From an uncultured delta proteobacterium (GTDB lineage Bacteria; Desulfobacterota; Deferrimicrobia; Deferrimicrobiales; Deferrimicrobiaceae): 64,000 nucleotides of DNA. The notes under the pieces were generated by a model. It ran no database searches. It had not been told where the DNA came from and was given only the letters and a program-made list of their open reading frames with translations. The position numbers and the translations under genes were made by a program. Position 1 is the stretch's first letter, and each line of letters opens with the position of its first letter. The stretch lies in NCBI GenBank assembly GCA_963770975.1, contig CAVYRM010000002.1, positions 94,183 to 158,182 on the forward strand, written 5' to 3'. Shown piece by piece: positions 19,053 through 26,709 of the stretch.

Positions 19053-20120
19053 TCATTCCGTAACGACTTCTTCGAGTTCCACGAATCTGCCGATATGGTT
19101 CTGCTTCCTGTCCAGCTCCACCTCCGAAAAATCCTCCTCGGGCTCGAAGAAGATGATCTGGCTTCCCGAGTATTCGAAGTGGAACGGCACGTGGATCAGG
19201 CCGGAAAGTGCTCCCCGGACAACAGCCTGCGCCGGTGGAGGTACGAACAGGAGGAGGAAGCCGCCGCCGCCCGCCCCGGTCAACTTCCCTCCCATGGCCC
19301 CCGCGGCGATCGCGCGATCGTAGAGTCCGTCGACCGCCGGGTTCGAGACGGTCGCGCTGAGGCTCTTCTTCGCAAGCCACGCCTCGTGCATGAGTTCCCC
19401 GAACTCGCAGATGTCCCGCTCGCCGTTCAGGATGGAGATCGCCTCCTCGACCAGGTCCTTCATGATGCGGAGCTGGCGCCTGCTCGCCTCCATGTTGTTG
19501 ACGTAGCTGTCCGCCACGTTGGACGCCGTGCGCTTGATCCCGGTGTAGAAGAGCATCAGGCAGTCGTTCAGCTCGGCGATCCGCTCGCGCGACAGCACGA
19601 CGGGACGCACGGAGATCTCGCCGTTCTGCTGGAAGGTGAGGTGGTTGAAACCGCCGTAGGCGGCCAGTGCCTGATCCTGGGAGCCGACGGTTTCCCGGAT
19701 CATTTCCTGCTCGATGTGGATGCTCTCCCTCGCGAGCTGCTGTTTCGAGGGCATGTTCCCCTTGAGCGCGTACAGCGCGTGCAGGAGCCCGACGGTGAAC
19801 GCCGAACTCGATCCCATGCCGCTCCGGGCGGGTAGATCGCCGTCGTGGTGGATCTCGATGCCGCGGTCCAGATTCATGTATCGCAGGCTCTCGCGGACCG
19901 CGGGGTGCAGGATCTCCTCGGGCCGCTGGCAGCTCTCGATCTTCGAGTAGACCACGCGGATCCTGTGCTCGAAGAACGGGGGCAGGAAGCGGCAGGTGAT
20001 GTAGCAGTACTTGTCGATCGTCGTGGCGAGCACGGAGCCGCCGTGCTTCCGGAACCAGGAAGGATAATCCGTCCCGCCGCCGAAGAACGATATCCGGTAC
20101 GGTGTCCGACTGATGATCAT
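19053..20120 (-). CDS. hddA: GHMP-family sugar-phosphate kinase (heptose-7-phosphate kinase-like)
   Basis: MIISRTPYRISFFGGGTD, PARSGMGSS, GSQDQ, GAGGGGF; own RBS GGAGG. Confidence 0.85.
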   Translation of the reverse strand: MIISRTPYRISFFGGGTDYPSWFRKHGGSVLATTIDKYCYITCRFLPPFFEHRIRVVYSKIESCQRPEEILHPAVRESLRYMNLDRGIEIHHDGDLPARSGMGSSSAFTVGLLHALYALKGNMPSKQQLARESIHIEQEMIRETVGSQDQALAAYGGFNHLTFQQNGEISVRPVVLSRERIAELNDCLMLFYTGIKRTASNVADSYVNNMEASRRQLRIMKDLVEEAISILNGERDICEFGELMHEAWLAKKSLSATVSNPAVDGLYDRAIAAGAMGGKLTGAGGGGFLLLFVPPPAQAVVRGALSGLIHVPFHFEYSGSQIIFFEPEEDFSEVELDRKQNHIGRFVELEEVVTE

Positions 20121-20130
20121 CTCGCCTCCT

Positions 20131-20849
20131 TCAGGCCCCGGTGGAAAAGAACGCGCCCGCCTGCTGTAGGATTCCGGTGTCCCGATGTCCAGGAACCCGC
20201 CCTCGACGCGCATCGCGTGCAGCCCCCGCCCGATCCATCCGGGGAACACTTCCCGTTCCAGCGACACGGCCCGGCCCGCAGGGATCGATGCGATCCGGTC
20301 CCGTGAAAGCAGGTAGATTCCCGCGTTGATCCACCCGGGCGCGCCGATCCCGTCCTTCTCGAAGAACCCGAGGACCGTGCCCGAATCGTCGGTTTCGATC
20401 CGGCCGAAGCGGCCCGCATCCGCCACCCGGGCGAGCGCGATGGACGCCTCCGACCCCCTTTGCCGATGCCATGCGTGGAATTCCCGGAGCCCGGTCTTCA
20501 GGAACGAATCGCCGTTGGCGACCAGGACCGTATCCGAGGACAACAGCGGGAGCGCGTTCCGCAGCGCGCCGCCCGTGCCCAGCGGCTCCCCCTCGAACGA
20601 ATATCGCACCGCGATCCCCTTGTAGCGTCCGCCGGTCGTCTCCTGTACCTGCGCCGCACGGTACCCCGTGCAAAGCACCACCTCGGCGATGCCGCAGGCA
20701 TCGAGTCCTTCGAGGAGATGGTGCAGGAAGGGACGGCCGTTCACCTCCGCGAGGATCTTGGGACGGTCCGGGACCGCGCTTCGGAGCCGCGTGCCAAGCC
20801 CTCCGGCGAGGATCGCCGCCGTCATGGCGGAGACGGATTCCGTCGTCAT
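20131..20849 (-). CDS. hddC: Sugar-1-phosphate guanylyltransferase (HddC-like); a 3' frameshift makes it appear fused in frame to hddA
   Basis: ILAGGLGTRL..PK, EPLGTGGA, NGDS, INAGIY, FLDIGTPESY; alternate frame ends QQAGAFFSTGA* at 20131. Confidence 0.8.
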
Positions 20850-21790
20850 ACGTTCTTGTAGGGGGCCCGTCCGAACATCCGGTACCCCTTGATCAGTTCG
20901 GGAATGCCGTGATCGAGGGTCCGCTTCGCCTCGAACCCCGCCTCCCGAAGCCGCTGGTTGGAGACGATGTAGTTCCGCTTGTCCGGGTCGCTGCCGAGCT
21001 CGGAAAACCGGATGTGGAACGACGGAACGAATTCCCTGATCTTCATCGCGAGTTCGGCCTTCGACAGGTTCGCCTCGTCCAGCCCCACGTTGAAGGGGCG
21101 CCCGATCATGCGCGGGGCGTTCGCGATGCAGTGGAGGAAACAGTCCGCCACGTCCCGGATATGGATGTAGTTCCGCTTGAAATCCTTCTCGAAGATCACG
21201 ATGTACCCGTCGGTCACCGAGGCGTATACGAAGTGGTTCACCAGGAGGTCCAGCCGCATGCGGGGGGACACGCCGAAGACGGTCGCAAGGCGCAGGGTCA
21301 CCGCGTTCTCCGACGAGAGCAGCTCCTCCTCCGCCGCGACCTTCGTCCTTCCATACAGGGAGATCGGCTCGAGGGGCGTCTCCTCGGTGCAGTAGACATC
21401 CCCGGAACGCGTCCCGTAGCCGCTGTTCGTCGTCGGGTAAATGACCAACTGACCCTTCCCGCGGAGGCGGTTGATCAGGCGGACGGCGTCGAGGTTGACC
21501 GAAGTCGCCAGCCACGGGTCCCGGTCGCATGCGGGAGCTCCCACGACCGCGGCCAATGGAATGATCACGTCGGCTTCCCGGACCAGGGGAGAGAGGGTCT
21601 CCTCCTTCCGGGCGTCGCCGAAGACGAATTCGAATCCCGGGTGGGCGCACAGGTGAAAGAGGGAGTGCTGGCCGTAGAGCAGGCTGTCGAGCACCGTGAC
21701 CCGGCACCCGGCCGACAGAAGCCGTTCGCAGAGGATCGATCCGAGATAACCGGCTCCGCCCGTGACCAGTACCCGGGTTCCTGCCGCCAT
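20846..21790 (-). CDS. NAD-dependent nucleotide-sugar epimerase/dehydratase (extended SDR)
   Basis: VLVTGGAGYLG, YGRTK, LRLATVFGVSPRMRLDL. Confidence 0.88.
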   Translation of the reverse strand: MAAGTRVLVTGGAGYLGSILCERLLSAGCRVTVLDSLLYGQHSLFHLCAHPGFEFVFGDARKEETLSPLVREADVIIPLAAVVGAPACDRDPWLATSVNLDAVRLINRLRGKGQLVIYPTTNSGYGTRSGDVYCTEETPLEPISLYGRTKVAAEEELLSSENAVTLRLATVFGVSPRMRLDLLVNHFVYASVTDGYIVIFEKDFKRNYIHIRDVADCFLHCIANAPRMIGRPFNVGLDEANLSKAELAMKIREFVPSFHIRFSELGSDPDKRNYIVSNQRLREAGFEAKRTLDHGIPELIKGYRMFGRAPYKNV

Positions 21791-21869
21791 CGCCGCTCCT
21801 TCCCGAACCGGAGGAAATGGTGAATCCTTGACGCATCGTCGCGGATGTACGATAACCCGCAGGTTGTTC

Positions 21870-21886
21870 TTCAATTGTCATGCCAA
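21870..21886 (-). promoter_or_regulatory. Possible sigma-54 promoter of the glycan operon
   Basis: TTGGCATGACAATTGAA; -24 GG conserved but -12 reads GA rather than GC. Confidence 0.35.
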
Positions 21887-22046
21887 GGGGGAGTACGGCG
21901 GTAAATCGCCGGATTACGGGCAGTTGTGAGGATAGACCGGTTGGGTCGGAACTCGGAACGTCATATTTCCGACGGTGGCGCCCTCTACTTTCCGTCAAAA
22001 TGCCGGTTCGATGCTCGACTACGTCGAGGGATGGCGGCGAGGGGTC

Positions 22047-24293
22047 CTACAGGGCGCGTTTCTTCGTGTAGTACCAGCGGAGCTGCTCGAGGCTGCTGTC
22101 CTCGTCGATGTTCTCCCGGGCCACACCTTCCGCGCCGCTTCCGGGAGGCACCGCCTCTTTCAGCTTCCATCGGCCTTCGTCCCTCCCGATCGTCAGGTAC
22201 TCGTCGAAGGGGACGACGTCCGCGTCTTCGTGGACGGTCGTTCCCCTCCGTTTCACGATCCGTTGGGCGTGGGCGCGGACCCGTGCGAGGAATTCGTCCA
22301 GGGCGTTGTCCGCGAAGTTCCGGACGAGCACCAGCTCGACTTTCCTCACGCAGAAGTTGCGGTACTCGACGGATAGACCCTCCTCCGCCTGCTTCGCAAG
22401 AGCGGCCCTCAGGTCCTCGGCCGTATCGGGGAACATCCGGGACGACGCTTCGGGAGAGAGCGTCCCCGCTTCCCTGGAGAGGTAGATGTCCGTGAAACCC
22501 AGTCGTGCCGCCTCGAGCATCTTCTCCCGGTCCCAGAGCCGATCGGTCTGCACGAGGAAGTTGAGGAGCCGGTCGATCTTCCCGGTCTTTCCCTCGACCT
22601 GCTCTTCCTCCGCGGGACCCGCGGGTCCGGACGCAGAAGACGGACTCCCCGCGATCCCCTCCATCTGGAGGTCGGTGAACGCCTCGACGACGTCTTCCCG
22701 GCGCAGGATGTCGGACTCCCGGGTCTGCTCGATCGAGAGAAGAAGCCAGGCGGCGCCCCGGCGCTGGAAGGTCCAGAATTCCTGGAACGTCGCCTTTTCC
22801 CGGTCTCCCCGCAGGAAATCCCCCGTCCGGTCGTCCTTGTAGTAATCGCGCACGTCGGCGGTGACCAGGGCGGTCACCTGCCGGAGCTCCGGATCGTTCG
22901 TCCAGGAAACGTGGACGAGGTCGATGCCGCGCACCGCAAGGTTCTCGAGCATGTTGATCTCATGGTTGGATTTCATCCCGGCAAGCTGGCGGCAATGCTC
23001 CTTGTACAGGAACGGGATCATCAGCGGTTCCATCGGCCCGTATTCCCTCGCCTGCCAGCACTTCTGGAGCTTCAGGAACACCTCCCGGACCCGCGTCCCG
23101 AGCGCGGCCGGGTCGGCCGAGGCGTCCTGGCGGGCGAGGAACTCCAGGATCTTGACGGACCTTCCCGATTTTTTTTCGATGGCGCGGCGGTTGAAGAGGA
23201 AATCGAGCTCCTCCCCGCCCTGCCGGGCACCGCGGATGATCGCGTAAATGATGACGAAGAAGAACGTCCCGAAGACGCCGAAAAAGATCACGAGGCCGAG
23301 CATGCCCCCCGAGGATCCGCCGGAGCCGCCCGAACTGCCGGAGCTGCCGGAACTTCGGGACCCGCTGCTCGAAGAGTGCGATCCGCCTCCCCCGCCTCCG
23401 CCCCCCTTGTTGTGGACCGCGACGCCGGCGGCAAAGAAGGTGTTCGGGGGGTCGACCTGCAGGTTGTAGACGCGGACCGTTCCGTCAAGCCGCGTGATGC
23501 GGCGAATCTTCTGGGGGGAGAGCCCCTTGCCGTCGAACGCGTACACCGTATCCCCCGCGGCGAGGGCGTCCACGGACTTGTAGGTTCCCTTGCCGACGAG
23601 GAAGGGGTGCTCCGCCGTCGCGCGCAGCTCGGCCCGATCGGTGGCGATCGCGAAATGCATCGCGGCGGTGGAAGGCAGGATCGATTTCACCGAGACGGCG
23701 ACCACGGCGCCGTCCTCGTGGAACGCCAGGACCTTGTCCCCCGGGCGTACCTCGCCGATCGGCCTCGTCGTCCCGTCGGCAAGGAGGATCGGCGTATCCG
23801 GGAGAAAGCACCCCTTGTTGTGGACCAGGATGTCCCCGGCGAGGAACACCCCTCCCGGGGTCACGAGGAGATCGTGGGCGGAAGCGGGCTTCGTCACGGT
23901 GCGGACGGCAAGGACGGGGAGGGGCCGCATCGCCCCTCCCTCCCAACGGTACACCGTATCTCCCGGGCGAAGATCGCCGGCGGCCCGGAAGACCCCGGAA
24001 CCGACCGCGAACGGGTGCATCGCCGTGGCGGATACGGTTCCTCCCGGGAAATCGATCCCGACCGTCCCTTCGGCGTCGACCCGCGTCCTTGCGGCCACGA
24101 CGCCTTCCCGGGGGACGCCGGCCACGAACGTGACGACCGTGTCGCCGGGAGAGAGACGCTCCACCGCGACCGGACCCGCCGGGGTCAGCACCGGCGTTCC
24201 GTCCGGGATGCAGCCGCCTCCGCCGCGGGCTTGGGCGGGGGGGGCGACGGCCAGGAGCAGCGCCGCCGCCAGGAGGAGGAGCCGCGCGTTCAC
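22047..24293 (-). CDS. Exported membrane protein: signal peptide - Hint - Hint - Gly/Ser linker - TM helix - two Tim44-like domains
   Basis: Signal LLLLAAALLLAVAPPAQA; CIPDGT..VHN and CFLPDT..VHN Hint domains; TM LGLVIFFGVFGTFFFVIIYAII; QEFWTFQR..WLLLSIEQ and DEYLTIGR..WKL Tim44-like ends. Confidence 0.85.
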   Translation of the reverse strand: MNARLLLLAAALLLAVAPPAQARGGGGCIPDGTPVLTPAGPVAVERLSPGDTVVTFVAGVPREGVVAARTRVDAEGTVGIDFPGGTVSATAMHPFAVGSGVFRAAGDLRPGDTVYRWEGGAMRPLPVLAVRTVTKPASAHDLLVTPGGVFLAGDILVHNKGCFLPDTPILLADGTTRPIGEVRPGDKVLAFHEDGAVVAVSVKSILPSTAAMHFAIATDRAELRATAEHPFLVGKGTYKSVDALAAGDTVYAFDGKGLSPQKIRRITRLDGTVRVYNLQVDPPNTFFAAGVAVHNKGGGGGGGGSHSSSSGSRSSGSSGSSGGSGGSSGGMLGLVIFFGVFGTFFFVIIYAIIRGARQGGEELDFLFNRRAIEKKSGRSVKILEFLARQDASADPAALGTRVREVFLKLQKCWQAREYGPMEPLMIPFLYKEHCRQLAGMKSNHEINMLENLAVRGIDLVHVSWTNDPELRQVTALVTADVRDYYKDDRTGDFLRGDREKATFQEFWTFQRRGAAWLLLSIEQTRESDILRREDVVEAFTDLQMEGIAGSPSSASGPAGPAEEEQVEGKTGKIDRLLNFLVQTDRLWDREKMLEAARLGFTDIYLSREAGTLSPEASSRMFPDTAEDLRAALAKQAEEGLSVEYRNFCVRKVELVLVRNFADNALDEFLARVRAHAQRIVKRRGTTVHEDADVVPFDEYLTIGRDEGRWKLKEAVPPGSGAEGVARENIDEDSSLEQLRWYYTKKRAL
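23409..23810 (-). other. Hint (intein-like) domain 2, 134 aa, no endonuclease
   Basis: Cys1 CFLPDT, block B TAEHPF, block F VYNLQV..TFFA, terminal VHN; +1 residue is Lys. Confidence 0.9.
23817..24212 (-). other. Hint (intein-like) domain 1, 132 aa, no endonuclease
   Basis: Cys1 CIPDGT, block B TAMHPF, terminal VHN; +1 residue is Lys. Confidence 0.85.
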
Positions 24294-24298
24294 CGCTG

Positions 24299-24461
24299 GT
24301 GTAGCGTCTCGCAAATAGCCTGATGCATCGAGAGCGTCGATGCGCCGCGCCAGCAAGGCGCGCAAGTGAAGCCGTACCGGGAGAGTACGGCGAACGAGCG
24401 CAACGAAGCTGGAGCGGATGCAGCGGCGCTCGAATGCCAGGGTATTTGCGAGACGCTGCAC
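24299..24461. mobile_element. MITE-like palindromic element with terminal inverted repeats
   Basis: GTGTAGCGTCTCGCAAATA (24299-24317) vs TATTTGCGAGACGCTGCAC (24443-24461), 18/19 match; interior also self-complementary. Confidence 0.7.
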
Positions 24462-24760
24462 TAACCGTGGAGCGCGGCGAGGATGCCGCCGAGGACCGCG
24501 GCGGCGATCACGATGCTCATCCCCAGGATGGCGGCAGCGACGATCCGCCCGAAATACTCCGCAACGGCCCGGTTCCCGCGGGCGATCTCCTTCTCCTCGT
24601 CGATCCTCGGAGTCATGCGGTTGACGATCCTGGGAAGCACCATCGTGAACAGGAGCATCAACGCCGCTCCGGCGACCGCGCCGGCGAGCGCATAGGCGCC
24701 CGCCCACCCGATCCCTCCGATGGCCCCGGCCAGAAACCCGCCCTGCGCATCCAGTGGCAT
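24461..24760 (-). CDS. DUF350-like small membrane protein
   Basis: Two hydrophobic helices flanking MTPRIDEEKEIARGNRAVA; RBS GGAGG. Confidence 0.75.
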   Translation of the reverse strand: MPLDAQGGFLAGAIGGIGWAGAYALAGAVAGAALMLLFTMVLPRIVNRMTPRIDEEKEIARGNRAVAEYFGRIVAAAILGMSIVIAAAVLGGILAALHG

Positions 24761-25090
24761 CGCGAACCTCCCCGCATGGAATCCCGTCGGCGAGTATACG
24801 TTCGTCGGGATGCCGTTGGAAGGGCCTTCATGGGGGATAAAGGGGCGGCACCGTAAATATTTTCCTGCGTGGAGACCTTCCGCGGACGATGGTCATCCGA
24901 TGTTGTAAGCGGGTGCCTTGCCGGGCGTCCCCGCTGCGGAAAGGAGATCGCGATGATGCCGGGGCGCCACCGCAAATGTTGATATTCGGACAATATTGTA
25001 GTTTACCGACCCTGGGACCCCTACCCTCTCCGGCGCGCACTTTTCCCCATTCCCTTGTCGATCCGGCCGGATAGACCTCACCCTCCCCTG

Positions 25091-25105
25091 TGGCACGCTC
25101 GATGC
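25091..25105 (+). promoter_or_regulatory. Sigma-54 promoter of amt
   Basis: TGGCACGCTCGATGC (GG-N10-GC) about 95 bp upstream of the amt start. Confidence 0.6.
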
Positions 25106-25200
25106 GATTGGAATGCGGGAATCGATTCCTCCTCCCCCGGAGGGCGACACGGCACACCGGCAGACGCGGGCCGGCGCTGGGACCGACAAAGGAGAGCGCG

Positions 25201-26595
25201 ATGAAAAGACATCTTCGAAAGTGGACGAGCCTGATCCTGTGTCTTTCCGTCCTGCTGTCGGTCGCCGGCATCCTCCTGCCGGCGATGGCGGCGGACGGGG
25301 TGCAACCCGGGGCCCCCGCCGCCCCGGCGACCGCGGGGCCCGCACCGCCCGCGGCGGCACCGGCAGCGGCGGTCACGAACACCGGGGACACGGCCTGGCT
25401 GCTCGTTTCGGCGGCACTGGTCATGTTCATGACGCCGGGACTCGCGCTGTTCTACGGCGGAATGGTCCGCCGGAAGAACGTCCTGGGCACGGTCGTCCAA
25501 TCGTTCATCGTTCTCGGCCTGATCAGCGTCGAGTGGGTCCTCGTCGGATACACCATGGCGTTCGGTCCCGACGTGGGCGGCGTCATCGGGGACTTCTCGT
25601 GGGCGGGCCTCTCGGGGGTGGGGCTGGCGCCCTTCAAGGAGTACGCGGCCACCGTCCCCCACCAGGCGTTCATGATCTACCAGATGATGTTCGCGGTCAT
25701 CACGCCGGCTCTCATCACCGGGGCCTTCGCGGAACGGTTCCGCTTCTCCACCTTCCTCGTCTTCACCCTCCTGTGGGCCCTCCTCGTGTACAACCCCGTC
25801 GCCCACTGGGTCTGGGGGATCGGGGGCTGGATCCGGAACCTGGGCGCCCTCGACTTCGCGGGGGGAACGGTCGTCCACATCACCTCGGGCGTGAGCGCAC
25901 TGGCGGCCGCCCTCGTCGTGGGGAAGCGAAAGGGATTCGGGACGGACAACATGGCGCCCCACAATCTTCCGATGACCGTCCTCGGGGCGGCCATCCTCTG
26001 GTTCGGCTGGTTCGGCTTCAACGCGGGGAGCGCGCTCGCCGCGGGCGAGCTGTCGACCTCGGCCTTCGTGGCGACCCACGTCGCCGCCGCCGCCGCGACC
26101 CTCTCGTGGACCTTCGCGGAATGGGTCCACCGCGGGAAGCCGACGGTCCTCGGGGCGGCGTCGGGGTGCGTCGCGGGGCTGGTCGCCATCACCCCTGCGT
26201 CGGGCTTCGTGGCGCCCCTCGCGGCCCTGGCGATCGGGACCGCCGCCGGGGTGGTCTGCTACAGCGCGATCATGCTCAAGGGCCTGTTCGGATACGACGA
26301 CTCGCTCGACGTCGTCGGCGTTCACTGCGTCGGGGGAACCCTGGGCGCCCTCGCCACGGGCCTCTTCGCCTCGATCGCGGTCAACCCGGGCGGCGCGAAC
26401 GGCCTCTTCTACGGGAATCCGAAGCTCCTCGCGATCCAGGCGCTGGCCGCCGCCGTCTCCCTCGTCTACTCCTTCTGCGTCAGCCTGGCCCTCCTCAAGA
26501 TCCTCGACAGGACGATGGGCCTGCGGCTCCCGGAGGAGGAGGAGCGGATGGGCCTCGACATTTCGGAGCACGGGGAGGCGGGGTACAACTGGTGA
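25201..26595 (+). CDS. amtB: Ammonium transporter
   Basis: TGDTAWLL, PGLALFYGG, FAVITPAL, DFAGGTVVH, WFGWFGFNAGS, DDSLDVVGVH. Confidence 0.96.
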   Translation: MKRHLRKWTSLILCLSVLLSVAGILLPAMAADGVQPGAPAAPATAGPAPPAAAPAAAVTNTGDTAWLLVSAALVMFMTPGLALFYGGMVRRKNVLGTVVQSFIVLGLISVEWVLVGYTMAFGPDVGGVIGDFSWAGLSGVGLAPFKEYAATVPHQAFMIYQMMFAVITPALITGAFAERFRFSTFLVFTLLWALLVYNPVAHWVWGIGGWIRNLGALDFAGGTVVHITSGVSALAAALVVGKRKGFGTDNMAPHNLPMTVLGAAILWFGWFGFNAGSALAAGELSTSAFVATHVAAAAATLSWTFAEWVHRGKPTVLGAASGCVAGLVAITPASGFVAPLAALAIGTAAGVVCYSAIMLKGLFGYDDSLDVVGVHCVGGTLGALATGLFASIAVNPGGANGLFYGNPKLLAIQALAAAVSLVYSFCVSLALLKILDRTMGLRLPEEEERMGLDISEHGEAGYNW

Positions 26596-26709
26596 CCCGG
26601 CGACCCGGTATCCTGATCGGCGGACTATCCGCACGCTCCCTCCCTCGTGTATCGTATGGCCGATGGAGATCCCTCCAGGCATTCGACCACGACAAGGGAG
26701 GATTGCCTC

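Noticed and set aside
19053-21998. 981-aa ORF suggesting an HddC-HddA fusion with a long N-terminal extension
   Set aside because: The first ~380 aa are an off-frame shadow of the epimerase. hddA has its own RBS and ATG, and a one-base correction near 20165 gives HddC a normal stop at 20131, so the fusion is probably an indel artefact.
23300-23408. Short GCCG-rich direct repeats resembling an array
   Set aside because: They encode the Gly/Ser linker; no repeat-spacer periodicity and no cas genes, so not CRISPR
23409-24212. Classical mobile inteins with a homing endonuclease
   Set aside because: Each domain is only ~133 aa, has no LAGLIDADG/HNH motif and has Lys at +1; treated as intein-like Hint domains instead
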